Part shown: one piece after another, positions 36,401-45,547 of the stretch | Numbering within the stretch: position 1 is the first letter of the stretch | Layout of the letters: each line of letters begins with the position of its first letter | Virus record (IMG/VR): IMGVR_UViG_3300033463_000073 | Location: 19,751-83,750 of that record | From: a virus | Taxonomy: Duplodnaviria; Caudoviricetes | Length of the DNA: 64,000 bases | Strand: one strand, 5' to 3' | The notes under the pieces: generated by a model | Told to the model about the DNA's origin: nothing | Databases searched by the model: none | What the model saw: the letters and a program-made list of their open reading frames with translations, nothing else | Translations under genes and position numbers: made by a program

Positions 36401-37244
36401 TTGCACCAGTCTCGGCATTGAGCATCATTGCATACTCACCTTTCTGTTTCCACTCGGCGCTTTCCCTTATCGCCTGCGCTTGCTTTCGTATTGCCTCTGT
36501 GTAACGGTTTGCCGACGATGTGGCATTGTTCATGTCCGCATTACTGCGCTCGACAGACATTGAATTGCTTTTAATCTGTTCCCCAAGTTGCTTTAGTTCT
36601 GGGCTTACTTTTCCAATGCTATTGACGTAGTTCTGTATCGTATGACCTTGAGGCGCAATGACGTCACCCATCTGCTGCATAGCAGTTTGCATTGAACGAA
36701 TTTGAGGAATAAGCGATTTGACTTCCTGCTCGTATTGGCGTACTCCAGATGTGGCAAATTGATATAGCCCTTTATCGCCAGTTGTTGTCGCATGTGCGGC
36801 AAGAGCAATAAAAGACGAATATTGTTGACGTGCGTCACGTAGTTTTTCTCGTAGTAAGTCAAGGTTTGTCTGCATCATCTGCAGCGTATCTGCATTCCTG
36901 AAAGAGCTACTTGCACTACGAATTGCAACTTGCTGGGATTGTGCAGTATGGTCAAACGTCATCTTCTGTTCTTTGGCTGCTTGTGTCGTTTTCTTCGTTT
37001 GCTCTTCAAGTTCTCTCTGGTCGTTAATGACTTTTTTAGTCACTCCACCTGACGATGTGCCTCCAAAGTCAATCTTTACGTTTCCAAGTTCGCCAAGCTT
37101 CTTCTTCATCTGCTCGACAGCAGAGTCCATAGAACCTGCCATCTTGTTCGTTGCTTCTTCAACATGCTTGACAAGCTTGTCTATCGAGTTCTTTAAGTCT
37201 TGGTCGCTCAAAGACGCAGCTACTATCGTCGGGTTGTTTGCCAT
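30447..37244 (-). CDS. tail tape measure protein
   Basis: 2265 aa helical protein with tape-measure core (SPYTLIELSNAAKQLTAY...LTYALGQIKAYG). Confidence 0.9.
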   Translation of the reverse strand: MANNPTIVAASLSDQDLKNSIDKLVKHVEEATNKMAGSMDSAVEQMKKKLGELGNVKIDFGGTSSGGVTKKVINDQRELEEQTKKTTQAAKEQKMTFDHTAQSQQVAIRSASSSFRNADTLQMMQTNLDLLREKLRDARQQYSSFIALAAHATTTGDKGLYQFATSGVRQYEQEVKSLIPQIRSMQTAMQQMGDVIAPQGHTIQNYVNSIGKVSPELKQLGEQIKSNSMSVERSNADMNNATSSANRYTEAIRKQAQAIRESAEWKQKGEYAMMLNAETGAMTWVSANDRRSVEEQLVAIYETENRSKSQILEQEKQQNESVRERLETERKVVDIESKRSQPKTFASYDDLRQSIAHVLGLQQSQVKLADAETASYNNLDKTLKQLTQAYYRLSNAERNSDQGKSLIASIHEVERAMQKIRSLASRPISLDSIIGINGKGGLSEKTLDDIAYKMQRLASYRSGLDVDSQKNEIKQVNDEYDRLKKKMDEVMNKNQQMVGSNNALGRSWNYMKNRLAFYFTVGASTQFIKNLIEVRSQYEMNERALGILINSAERGTQIFNELSQMALVSPYTLIELSNAAKQLTAYDIAANEVVDTTRRLADMASAVGVPMERLTYALGQIKAYGYLNSRDARMFANAGIPLVRELSKYYTELEGKMVSVGDVYDRMKKKAIDFNDVMSVVTKMTDEGGKFFDFQAKMADTLKVRLANLTLAWNNMLNDIGKSEQGVLTTGINLLKDFFLRWKDINRAVEDLVIVFGVLKAAQLAYYGMVLGTNKAIAIETVLGTKLSNVLRNLGTTMSTVLTSGATWWGLLAVAAGAAIVEVVRGNEAMKEFNKTLRENAKNTYNDLERFKEQYKELRESLYQTITDNNGKTIVTPQNINVDDAEKAWESVKEQIELSSHASDKYVGSLLQIKNISERLRQSFAVIDDIQSVSAAIKELGDGAIKLERDWSGWWNLWTLPDGTIGNLKDAHMWLGKIEEKYGSIEKARKAASGEDRAPLGIDKKYQDDAERWLDNYENELRKFREDLESTKESVLNFINAQGWSGNVNKVNETFKQITDNLIQQNQLDPEKAYTLQIEMEEARSKAAKEAQYIRLQDLRNAYMAEKDSLHKEEIAKEYEKEAEIYNNWNLYNGRQKVEWERFTKYLKEQHLSEMTAMFRGMNAKQIESLNFQEGKYADWVKRMVTNYAKSHKMSYDEAFNYLRNWVASANQWSIFIPLTISTDKNKTVMKTLEEADAAADKAWKDMQRLDKEIARLRKKGAKEVDENNITASEDDQRLTKALKERAAAEKDYNKAVSDGGESKKENAANTKAQKQAESELQKALKEELQLIDKVRTQYKKLTDAGVSRAVAMKTVTEQFGDSIKHINAVLGKNGLPKFDIKSFAGTDNPHEMMVMLKKQIDSAKKVKNIKPEEIKDLEIKYSEIKVDAEAYDATKIKKGLDNELGRLKDEYELAVELDANPELGNMFADMFDIDLDTLPRTAKEYADRYTKSLNKYFKQMGDNIELPNMLNLTRDDMEAFTEQIGTGELQQAYFDLIQKGYEATQEARKKEATDAIKEYDKLLQKYAEYQYKLTQIAKDANNERKALVVKFGTEEQKEQSRKIASKIEMSDNPSDIEKLEKQLKSIVSQIADKNKVVLQIGVAIDKKELDEGAKASFEEFQKSPEWVVATGNLAGLTDSALKGLISSIEEYKNKAKYLSPKQIKDINKALRDLDKERKKNNPFAAFAISAANAKERMEAFDESIKEVEGEIDRLSSSQDSSNIEETGKKIMTLTDRLRKLKQARENAGDIDATEIVANIQGIAQVAGQAVGMINDMVNAMSGDNWSEAQEVMNDTFSIIDKGGQGAAIGAQVGGGWGALIGGVAGGVMGAITAFVDNGNKKITASIKESETAVKRLENAYKSLQYAIDEAYGTAKYGAEEAAIANKKLQLAELKRQLELSKSRTGKHRDEDEIESLKGQVIDLEQEISKATNDIVNDLLGISSVGSAAEEVVSAMIDAFRNGEDYMKSFGDTFSDMIDNMIMKSIVSKVIGQRMEQMFAEVDEMTKGRASGWQANIESISTQMKENEDRLAELEASRRYWEDFGRLFAPEGYIQWLREVESINRDNAELQKQLQEAQDAYSQALSVTPDDVNSIRERVDGWKDNVKSEFETWMEAFGISLGDKKESAQLSALQQGISGITETTAGAIEAYMNGVSQQVYLQSDYMRQIVEILTMQSALTDDAKVATLSQMLMQLQASYQTQEAIRGILEGWSSPNGLAVRVEMN

Positions 37245-37271
37245 ATCGCTATTTCTTTTATAGAGTTAATA

Positions 37272-37640
37272 CTATTTGTTACGATGCACTGGAATCTCGT
37301 ACTCTTCTCCAGCCTTGAGGTTCTTAGCTCCGAGACTCGTGTAGAAGTCCTCCAACTTGTTCTGCGCGTCCAACGCCTCCTTGTAGTTGTTCCAAGCTGC
37401 CTTGTCAGCTCCTTTCAAGTACTTCGTGTGCGTGTTGTCGACAGCCATGAACTGTATCTGTGCGCACGACAGACGGTAGAGGTAGTCGTCTAGTCGGTAC
37501 TGGGGGTAGGCTTTGATGAAGTCTGCTGCGTCCGCAATGACAGTGCTTCCATAAACTGTGAGGCTGTCTCCATTGACTTCCTCTTGCGCATCAGCAGTGA
37601 ATCCGTAAGCGTACTCACCGATTTTTTGAGTAAAAAAAAA
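37272..37640 (-). CDS. tail assembly chaperone T segment (frameshift product)
   Basis: Open -1 frame overlapping the TAC gene and lacking an obvious own start. Confidence 0.6.
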   Translation of the reverse strand, partial: FFFTQKIGEYAYGFTADAQEEVNGDSLTVYGSTVIADAADFIKAYPQYRLDDYLYRLSCAQIQFMAVDNTHTKYLKGADKAAWNNYKEALDAQNKLEDFYTSLGAKNLKAGEEYEIPVHRNK

Positions 37641-38110
37641 GCACTCAAGTCGATGGACTGTATCGCTCCTAAGATTATTGCTGCCCACTGGTTTGCGTCG
37701 AACGTCGAGTTCATGACTTTCGTCTTCATCTGTCTTATCATCCTGTCGTTCTTCTCGTCAGCATTCTCTCTGTCTGGCGTGAAGCGATGGTTGCAGAGAA
37801 TGACTGCCATTATCTCGCACATGGCGTCCAAATCAGTGCATAGCGCTGTGATTACCTTGTTGTCGTCGTCAAGCGTCTCGTCTGCTTTTCTCATATCTGT
37901 CACGAGTCTGCAGATTCGGAACACTGAATAGTATCGCATATCCTTTACTCTGTACTCTTTGTCTCCAAGCTTCACGAGCGACGGAGAATCGTTGATGATG
38001 TCTACGATGTTTTGCTTGACTTCAACGGAGAACTCTGGCAACGAGAACTCTTCCTCGTCCTCTTTCTTCTCTTCTGCCTTCTTCTTGTTGTCGAACTTAT
38101 TCTTCTTCAT
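37490..38110 (-). CDS. tail assembly chaperone (G)
   Basis: Between major tail and tape measure genes; contains T TTT TTA slippery heptamer. Confidence 0.7.
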   Translation of the reverse strand: MKKNKFDNKKKAEEKKEDEEEFSLPEFSVEVKQNIVDIINDSPSLVKLGDKEYRVKDMRYYSVFRICRLVTDMRKADETLDDDNKVITALCTDLDAMCEIMAVILCNHRFTPDRENADEKNDRMIRQMKTKVMNSTFDANQWAAIILGAIQSIDLSAFFLLKKSVSTLTDSLLMRKRKSMETASQFMEALSLRTQQTSSKPTPSTD

Positions 38111-38247
38111 TCTTCTGTGTTTCGTTTGCGTTTCTTTTTAATGCCTGCTCTGTATTCGATAATATGGGGATGCGCTATCGGGATGAACCCTCTCAACGCA
38201 CCCCCGCGCTTACGAAAACAGAGAATTACCTCTTTCTTGTATCAAGA

Positions 38248-38772
38248 TTATGCAGACGGAGTGTCGCCGATAATCTTGTACATGTGGTCGACGTTCGGAG
38301 TAACCGTGGTGTCGGTGTACACGAGCGAGGTGATGGTCACACTGAAGTTCAGAGCGCCGTCTGCGTCCTTCTTCAGAGTGCCGACAGTCAGACCCTTGTA
38401 GATAACCAGAGAGCCGAAGCCGCGTCCGAAGTCGAGCTTCCACTCGTACTCCTTCGTGGTGGCTGCAGTAGCACCCTCGTAGACCTCTGCAGTAGTACCT
38501 GCAGTACCAGAGGTGTAAGAACCGCCGAACAGTTCGTCCAGCTCGTTCAAGTCGTAGTTTGCGAGCTCGAATGTCATCGTCACAGGCTTGCCCTGATAGA
38601 TGATGTCGAACGGAGAGTCGTAGAACTCGGCCTCAATCTCAGTAGAGTCGGGCTCGTCCTGAGCAATAGCAAGACCCTTGAGAACACCCATAACCTTTGT
38701 GTAGTCGCCAGTGCCAGCGCCAACTGTGCGATAGCCTAAGCTAATCGGCTTCAAAGTTGTTTTCTTTGCCAT
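38248..38772 (-). CDS. major tail tube protein
   Basis: 174 aa, synteny and beta-rich composition. Confidence 0.65.
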   Translation of the reverse strand: MAKKTTLKPISLGYRTVGAGTGDYTKVMGVLKGLAIAQDEPDSTEIEAEFYDSPFDIIYQGKPVTMTFELANYDLNELDELFGGSYTSGTAGTTAEVYEGATAATTKEYEWKLDFGRGFGSLVIYKGLTVGTLKKDADGALNFSVTITSLVYTDTTVTPNVDHMYKIIGDTPSA

Positions 38773-38791
38773 AATTTTACCCTTTCTTTAA

Positions 38792-39292
38792 TTAGTTATT
38801 ATTACTGTTGTTGTTGTCTGTATTTTCGGAATCGTCAGAGCTTTCGCTGCTGGCGTCTTCTTCAACGTCTATGGTGACTATGAACGACTTTACAAACACG
38901 TTGTACTGGTTGCCCTTGTTCGTGTCCTCGTCGTCGTCCATTGAGAGGATGCTGTCGGCTTGTATTGCGTATGAGTAAGATGTAGGACTGTCAATCTCCG
39001 AGCGTATGGCTGCATTGATGCCGTCTTCGAATGCTTTGTACTTGTCCCTGTCGAGTCTTCCCCTGCTCTTCTGAGGTACGTATGCCGTAACGTAGCACCG
39101 AACCCATCCGAAGGCTTGGAGGTCGAACTCCGACTCGTCCCTGATGCTGCCGACTTCTATGACAATGAAGCCATTGCTCGTATCGTCAGCCGTGTTGTCG
39201 GTAGGGACGCGCATCGGATAGATGTTATTCGTCACACCACTGAACAGCGGCTTCAGATAATCGTATATGGCAATTCTTGACTCTTCAACCAT
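38792..39292 (-). CDS. tail terminator-like protein
   Basis: Synteny (just upstream of tail tube gene). Confidence 0.5.
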   Translation of the reverse strand: MVEESRIAIYDYLKPLFSGVTNNIYPMRVPTDNTADDTSNGFIVIEVGSIRDESEFDLQAFGWVRCYVTAYVPQKSRGRLDRDKYKAFEDGINAAIRSEIDSPTSYSYAIQADSILSMDDDEDTNKGNQYNVFVKSFIVTIDVEEDASSESSDDSENTDNNNSNNN

Positions 39293-39295
39293 AAT

Positions 39296-40018
39296 CTATC
39301 GTATTAAACCAATCTTCTTGACTCCACGTCTATTCTTATACTTCTTTCCCTTTGCGCTGCGTGCGCTGTGAGAATACTTCGGTACGTAAACTGTAAGATG
39401 AGTCTCCGATGGTTTTAAAGCCATCCTTACGTCGTCAAAAATATGCGTCATCACTTGGAACTGCATAAAGCGAGTCATTCGAGGTGCATTGGACACTCTG
39501 TTACCGTTTTCATCTGTCGCATCGCTTCCAGTGCGCATTGTGAAACCGCTTTCCCAATATCCCCAATAAGGAGCAAGTATTGCGAAGAATACAGTCCACT
39601 TGTTACGCTTTCCATGTTTTGACAACAGAAACTCTTCTGCGAATTTCCTACCGTCAACAGGGATACTGTCGTTCGTGAAGAACTCATGCAACGAAGAACC
39701 ATGCCCTCCTTGAAATCCCATGCCTCTGACTTGACCCCAACGATTGTACGTTATGTTTGTACGTTCAGAGCGATAGAATCCGCATTCAGACATCCTTCCG
39801 TCGTACGTTACTCCCCAACACAGAGAATTGAGTAAGTTTCCTGTTCTGTCCATGTGGTTTGCACTGTTGTACGTTTGAATCATGTCTCCGAGCTTCTTGA
39901 TTTCAGTCTTGGCATATTCAATGAGCCTTGCAGTCTGCTCTCCGACCCAATAGTCAGTGAGCTCTTTCTGCAGCTGCTTCGTGTAAGCACCCAATCCTAT
40001 GACCTTCGACTTCTTCAT
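39296..40018 (-). CDS. tail completion/neck protein
   Basis: DRTGNLLNSL and WGYWE motifs resemble HK97 gp10-like genes; synteny. Confidence 0.5.
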   Translation of the reverse strand: MKKSKVIGLGAYTKQLQKELTDYWVGEQTARLIEYAKTEIKKLGDMIQTYNSANHMDRTGNLLNSLCWGVTYDGRMSECGFYRSERTNITYNRWGQVRGMGFQGGHGSSLHEFFTNDSIPVDGRKFAEEFLLSKHGKRNKWTVFFAILAPYWGYWESGFTMRTGSDATDENGNRVSNAPRMTRFMQFQVMTHIFDDVRMALKPSETHLTVYVPKYSHSARSAKGKKYKNRRGVKKIGLIR

Positions 40019-40019
40019 G

Positions 40020-40358
40020 CTAATCCCAGTCTTTGCGTGTACAATATACACTTATTCCCATCAGCTGAGAAGGTTCTGCGTTGTCCACCGTAAAGTTCAG
40101 CTCTTCGCCATAACGCGTCAAAGAAACGCTGTCTCCCTTTCGAGGAACGATGTAATCGCCCTCGTCATCTTTTGTGAGAGGTATGGATATGATGTAAGAC
40201 GCAGTCTGCAGAATCCTGCCCTCGTCGTCACTGACCATGTGCTCGTCCATGACGCCCTCGTAGACAGTCAGCTCTTCGTCATCATTGTCACCATGCCCCT
40301 CGACGATTCGCGTGATGACGCCCTCGTACGGGTATTCAACAATCTCTTCTCTCGTCAT
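40020..40358 (-). CDS. head closure/stopper-like protein
   Basis: 112 aa, synteny. Confidence 0.5.
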   Translation of the reverse strand: MTREEIVEYPYEGVITRIVEGHGDNDDEELTVYEGVMDEHMVSDDEGRILQTASYIISIPLTKDDEGDYIVPRKGDSVSLTRYGEELNFTVDNAEPSQLMGISVYCTRKDWD

Positions 40359-40741
40359 AAGCTTACAACGTCCTCAATGGGGATGAAGCGAATCTTCTTC
40401 TGCATATTCTCAAGCACTTCAGCCCTCTCGTCACCATAAAGGTTGTAGATTCCTATCGCGTACTTAATCTTGTCGTCTTGGTAGAAGTCCTGCTCACTTC
40501 CGACTGTCTTCTGATAGCCGTTGTGAGACTGTTGCAAGGATGAGGTATTAGAGGGGCTCAGCAGCACTGCGGCGAAGATGATGTCTGCAGTCATTAGTTC
40601 TTTCAGACGCTTCGTCACCTTTGTGTCGTCGTATGCGTCATCCTCTGGGTCTACACCTCTGTCAAGTGCAATCTTTATAAAGTTGCTCTCATCGAAACGT
40701 GTGTAAGTCGTCGATGCTTTGAGCCATTCTAATACCGTCAT
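40355..40741 (-). CDS. head-tail adaptor-like protein
   Basis: 128 aa immediately after major capsid gene. Confidence 0.5.
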   Translation of the reverse strand: MTVLEWLKASTTYTRFDESNFIKIALDRGVDPEDDAYDDTKVTKRLKELMTADIIFAAVLLSPSNTSSLQQSHNGYQKTVGSEQDFYQDDKIKYAIGIYNLYGDERAEVLENMQKKIRFIPIEDVVSL

Positions 40742-40787
40742 CTCTCAATCAACTTAATAAAACTAAACTACCTATGAAGATATTTTA

Positions 40788-42068
40788 CTAGTCGGCCTGT
40801 GTCGTGTCAACGCAGACATGGTACATCGACTCGTCGAGCACGGTGGCGTAACGACCGATGACGTCCGTGTGGTATGCCTTGAGCATGCCGTTTGGAACGA
40901 CCTTGTTGATGACATAGAGGAATCCCTGCGTCTTTGCCACGGAAGCCTGAATGGTGTTGTTAATCTCACCGCTCTGGATGAGGTCGACATCAGCGGGCTT
41001 TGCGTGAACGATGACGCCAGCCATGCCGAGAGGACGCAGAACGGCGACACCAGCCTTCCAACCCTTGACGGTGTGGTAGGTTGTGATGCCCTGTACGGTC
41101 TGCTGCTCGCGGACGATGTGGATGGGCGCAATCTTCGAGATAGGCGAACGGCTGTACTCGACAAGCTGCTGATAGGTGATGCTGTCGACGGTAGTGCTCG
41201 ACTGACCGCTTGTGACAACGATGACCTTGTCGGGGGCATAGAGCGAGATGTAGCGGTTCACTTCCTTGATGAATGCTGTGTTCTTCAGAAGAACGTTAAT
41301 CAGCATGTCCCAAGTGATGTCCCACTGGAAGCTTACGCTGTCGGGAATCTGGTTGGCAAGACGGAAGTCAATCTCAATCTTGCGCATCTGCTCTGGGATG
41401 TCGCAGTCAGCAGCAGTCCAGACCTTCGTTCCTGCAGTCTTGAAGTTTGCAGAAGGAATGTAAGCAGCCTGCGAAGTGACGACGCCGCTGAAGCCTTGTG
41501 TGGTGGCAGTGCCGCCAGCGATGTTGGTCAGGGCGATGGTGTTACCATACTGACCGCCGCGAGACAGAGTCATTGCAGCCATGTTGGATGCGGTAAGCAT
41601 GTGAGACTTGATGAGGTCTGCAACACCACGTACCCAACCCTCTACCAAAGACTGGTCTGGGCCGAGTTCCTCAAGGCGAGCCTGAAGCTCCATCTTTGAC
41701 ATAGAAGTCTCGAACAAGCCCTTACCATACTGGTAGATGGAGCCAGTCTTAACCTCGTAGCCCTCAGCGTCGAGCTGCATGGTCTCGGACAGGGGAGCCA
41801 TCGCGTCGGCCATAGGAACGGTGCGCTGAATCTTCTGACGTACAGACCAAGCGGGGTTCTGCTTCAGCTGTCCGCGCTCAATCTGATACTCCATGCCCTC
41901 TACACGGAAGCACTCCTGCCAGAAGAACTGATTCTCGTCGAGTTCGATGGTCTTGTCAATAAGGGTCTGCAAAAAGCCCTGATTACTGCCACCACCTAAG
42001 AAACCTCTCTGATAAAGCTTCTCGATAGCCTCATCGGAAGTCCACTGAAATTTTAGTGCATTTGCCAT
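40788..42068 (-). CDS. major capsid protein
   Basis: 426 aa; follows scaffold and decoration-like genes. Confidence 0.7.
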   Translation of the reverse strand: MANALKFQWTSDEAIEKLYQRGFLGGGSNQGFLQTLIDKTIELDENQFFWQECFRVEGMEYQIERGQLKQNPAWSVRQKIQRTVPMADAMAPLSETMQLDAEGYEVKTGSIYQYGKGLFETSMSKMELQARLEELGPDQSLVEGWVRGVADLIKSHMLTASNMAAMTLSRGGQYGNTIALTNIAGGTATTQGFSGVVTSQAAYIPSANFKTAGTKVWTAADCDIPEQMRKIEIDFRLANQIPDSVSFQWDITWDMLINVLLKNTAFIKEVNRYISLYAPDKVIVVTSGQSSTTVDSITYQQLVEYSRSPISKIAPIHIVREQQTVQGITTYHTVKGWKAGVAVLRPLGMAGVIVHAKPADVDLIQSGEINNTIQASVAKTQGFLYVINKVVPNGMLKAYHTDVIGRYATVLDESMYHVCVDTTQAD

Positions 42069-42086
42069 AATCTGTTCCTCCTTCTT

Positions 42087-42890
42087 TTAAATCCAGAAAA
42101 TGCCGTCGATGTATGACTTGTTCTTTGCAAGAACGTAGTCGGGCAGTGGCTGCATGCGAGCAATCCAAGCCTGCTTGTTGTAAACGGCTGACATAGAATA
42201 GTTGGCTGTACCAGTGATGCCGTATCCCTCAGTCGGAAGCAAATCGCGGTCTGCTTCAACGAAAGTGTTGGGATTTGGAACGAGAACCTTACAAGAACCC
42301 GTTGGCTCTGCAAGTGCTGCGTCAGCAGCTGCGTCACCCTCAACCAGAATGGTATCGGTTGTGATGGCTGCACCAAGAGCGTTCTCAAGCGTCAGCTGGA
42401 ACTTCTTGTTTGTTTCATCAAACACCACTGCTGTCACCTTTGCATAAGTGCCAGTGTAGTCAGAGATGTCGCCAGTAGTCACAGTGAACGTAGCATCTGC
42501 AAGGTCTACCTTGCTGTCTGCAACATCCAACTCGCTCGTTGAAGCGACAGAGATGGCTCCACCAGACTTCAGTGTCTTCGGGGCAATCATCAGATACATT
42601 CCGACCTCTGGAGCATCGCTATAGCCGTCGCCTTCCACGTAGATTGTGGTAGCGTTGTTGGCAGCGTTTGCCTGAACCTTGAACGAGCGGAAGATGAGAC
42701 AACCCTGAGCGGGAGTGTACTGCACCAACTGAGCTGCATACAAGTGGTCGAAGCCCTTCTTGGGATTCAGGATTGTGCCTCCGAGCAATACGTTGCCGCG
42801 CTGCTCACCGTTACCATCCTTGACCCATACCCATTTGCCGCCACGTACCTTGTGTGACGACTCATAGAAATAAGCTAAGTTTGTTACCAT
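42087..42890 (-). CDS. head decoration/minor capsid-like protein
   Basis: 267 aa between scaffold and capsid genes. Confidence 0.5.
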   Translation of the reverse strand: MVTNLAYFYESSHKVRGGKWVWVKDGNGEQRGNVLLGGTILNPKKGFDHLYAAQLVQYTPAQGCLIFRSFKVQANAANNATTIYVEGDGYSDAPEVGMYLMIAPKTLKSGGAISVASTSELDVADSKVDLADATFTVTTGDISDYTGTYAKVTAVVFDETNKKFQLTLENALGAAITTDTILVEGDAAADAALAEPTGSCKVLVPNPNTFVEADRDLLPTEGYGITGTANYSMSAVYNKQAWIARMQPLPDYVLAKNKSYIDGIFWI

Positions 42891-42921
42891 AATTCTGTTA
42901 CTTTTTTAGTTATTAAATCCA

Positions 42922-43563
42922 TTACTGAACTTTTACTTTTGGAATGGAGTCTATGAACTCGTCTTCTTGCTTCTGGACTTGCTTCGGCGCAAGCGGCTTG
43001 ATGTCGCCAATCTTGCTCTTGAAGATTTCCTGAAAGCGCGAGTGCAATCTCTTTGCTTGTTCATCGACTGCGACATCGTCCTTGACTTCATAGTCTTTCA
43101 CGAAAATATCGAAATCGCTCAGACAGTCATCTCGGATGTCTTTCTTTGCCAACGCCACGATTTCGTTGAACTTATTCTTCTTTGCTTCTTCGTTCTTGAA
43201 CTTCTGAAGCTCAGCAAGCTGGTTCTTCACGTCTTCTGGCAGCTCGAACTGCTGTTGCTGCTGTTGCTGCCCTGGGTCGGCGATTTTCTTGTTCAACTCT
43301 GCAATCTGATTCTTGTAGTCGCTCTCTTTCGACTCGAACTCCTTCTGCTGTGCAGCACGTACCTTCGCTGATGCGCTCCTCGCTGTGTCAAGGTTGAACT
43401 TGATTTCGTCAATGATGCCTTCGTCGTCGATGCCTGCTGCTTCGTGCTTCTTTGCGAAGAACTCAGCAAACTTGTCCTTAAAATCATCTGTCAAAGTCTC
43501 GCTGTCGTAGCTTCTCTCGCTACAGTAAGTGTTTGCTCTCTGCAAAACCTCTTCTTTTGTCAT
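42922..43563 (-). CDS. capsid scaffolding protein
   Basis: 213 aa acidic coiled coil with poly-Q. Confidence 0.6.
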   Translation of the reverse strand: MTKEEVLQRANTYCSERSYDSETLTDDFKDKFAEFFAKKHEAAGIDDEGIIDEIKFNLDTARSASAKVRAAQQKEFESKESDYKNQIAELNKKIADPGQQQQQQQFELPEDVKNQLAELQKFKNEEAKKNKFNEIVALAKKDIRDDCLSDFDIFVKDYEVKDDVAVDEQAKRLHSRFQEIFKSKIGDIKPLAPKQVQKQEDEFIDSIPKVKVQ

Positions 43564-43610
43564 AATAGTTCTCTCCTATATTTGATTTGTCGAACACGAT
43601 TGTTCGGATG

Positions 43611-43735
43611 CAAATATATGAACAAATACGCACGTGCAAAATATATTATGACAACAAGTTTGTGATAAAGTGTATAAACAGCACAAACTTTATTCTTGAT
43701 GTATTAACGACACATTGGCACAATGTGTATCTTTG
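43611..43735. promoter_or_regulatory. divergent -7 promoters (head/tail arm and terminase arm)
   Basis: TATATTTG on minus at 43611-43618; TATCTTTG on plus at 43728-43735. Confidence 0.65.
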
Positions 43736-43768
43736 CAACGAGAAATTAAAATTTCTGTTCCGTAAGAT

Positions 43769-45547
43769 ATGGCAAAGAAACGCAACGATATAGTACTTGC
43801 TCCGTTGGAGGATGGCAACCAGAAGTACGCCATTCGCTCCAACGCAGACTTCGTCGTAATGACTGGCGGAACTGGAGGCGGTAAAAGTTACGCGCTTTAC
43901 TATGCGCCAATAGACTATCTTGCGACAAACGACAACGCAAAAATAGTCTGTTTTATGCGTAATGTGTCAGACTTCTGGGGTGCTGGAAAAGTCGGAGATA
44001 CGCTGAAGAAAATGTATCCACTTGTAGACCGTGCCGTAAAGAGACAGCCTCATGACCCCATAGGAGAGATTATCCACAAGCAAGAAGACATGGGTCTGAA
44101 ACTGTTCAACGGTTCGGAAATTAAGTTTCAGCAACTTGACAACGAGTCTCCGATAGTAATAGACAAAATAGCTAAAGGTCTGCAAGCGAAGAAGCTCATA
44201 TTCGACGAGTGCAACAAGTTCGACTGGCAGACGATAACAGCCTTTATGCCGCGCCTTCGTTCTGACAGCGCAGGAAAAGCTCAGATATACCTTGCACAGA
44301 ACCCTGAGCGTGAATGTTTTCTTAGAAAGCTGTGCGGGAAAGGAGAGCATGGAGGAGGATGGATAAACGACGACGGAACTATAGACAAGTCAATGGACGG
44401 AGTCGTTATGTACTTCAACATGGAGCAGGGAGACATAGAAAAGACGTATTGGGGTCGAACAAAGCGTGAGGTTTACGAAAAGTGCAAAGAGCACATCGAC
44501 TCAATGATTGCGTTAGACCCAGACATGACTTACGAAGACTTTATACTTTCAATGGTGTTCTTCACGTTCAGTGTCCGTGACAACAAGAAGATGCTTGCGA
44601 AGAACAAAGGTTATAGGGGTCTTGCGGCAAACGCTTCGACAGCAGCATCAGCTTACAATGAGAACTGGAACTACTCGATAACCGACGAAGAAGAGAAGCT
44701 TGAAGACCTATCTAACGTACAGCTTTCGCAGAACGACGTTGAGCGCATGTTCAGACCTATGGAGATTCCGCACGACAGCGTTCTCGAAGACGAGTTCATT
44801 ACAGTCGACATGGCAACGACAGGCTTCGACAACCTTGTCATGAAGTATTGGCAGAAGTGGAGCTCGTTCGGATTCCTCTGCAAAGACATCAAGTTTTCAA
44901 CAAATAATACAAACCGTACTGCTGTGCTTATGATTAACGACTTCATGAAGAAGCACGGCGTACCACAGAAAAGGCTTATTCTTGATGTGCAAGGATTCGG
45001 ATTCTTGCGCGAGTGCTATCCGCAAGCACGCTGCTTCGCTGGAGCTGGCACTGCGTCACAACGCAGTAAAAGCCAATACAGAACAGCCAAGGACGAAGCA
45101 GGTCATGTTGCGATGGAGATGATACAGAGCGGACTCATGCACTACGAGCCGAGACTCGCGCAGATGCACTACATGCACAAGAACATGAAGCGAGAAGGGG
45201 GGACTACAATCCTTAGACACATGCTGTTCGAGTCGCGCGTATTCCAGTTCTACAAGACACCGAACGGACGCAACGCCATGCTCGACAAGGAGAGGATGAA
45301 GCCTATGCTGAAAGGAATGTCGCCAGACCTAATGGACAACGTCATACTGCTATGCGGAGGTACTGTCTACGACTGCTACAGGATGCTGAGGGACGACGCT
45401 GGCATGGCACGCAGAAAAGCAGAAGCGAGCGACATGCTGACACTGCTCAACATCAATGACGGCGATACCATAGATACGCGCGTGGAACGCGTGCGTCCGA
45501 GAATAAGGAACGCAAGTGAAGTATTAAATATATTAAGTTCGATATGA
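43769..45547 (+). CDS. terL: terminase large subunit
   Basis: Walker A GGTGGGKS, Walker B IFDEC, NP coupling motif, RNase H-like VDMA...SPD. Confidence 0.9.
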   Translation: MAKKRNDIVLAPLEDGNQKYAIRSNADFVVMTGGTGGGKSYALYYAPIDYLATNDNAKIVCFMRNVSDFWGAGKVGDTLKKMYPLVDRAVKRQPHDPIGEIIHKQEDMGLKLFNGSEIKFQQLDNESPIVIDKIAKGLQAKKLIFDECNKFDWQTITAFMPRLRSDSAGKAQIYLAQNPERECFLRKLCGKGEHGGGWINDDGTIDKSMDGVVMYFNMEQGDIEKTYWGRTKREVYEKCKEHIDSMIALDPDMTYEDFILSMVFFTFSVRDNKKMLAKNKGYRGLAANASTAASAYNENWNYSITDEEEKLEDLSNVQLSQNDVERMFRPMEIPHDSVLEDEFITVDMATTGFDNLVMKYWQKWSSFGFLCKDIKFSTNNTNRTAVLMINDFMKKHGVPQKRLILDVQGFGFLRECYPQARCFAGAGTASQRSKSQYRTAKDEAGHVAMEMIQSGLMHYEPRLAQMHYMHKNMKREGGTTILRHMLFESRVFQFYKTPNGRNAMLDKERMKPMLKGMSPDLMDNVILLCGGTVYDCYRMLRDDAGMARRKAEASDMLTLLNINDGDTIDTRVERVRPRIRNASEVLNILSSI

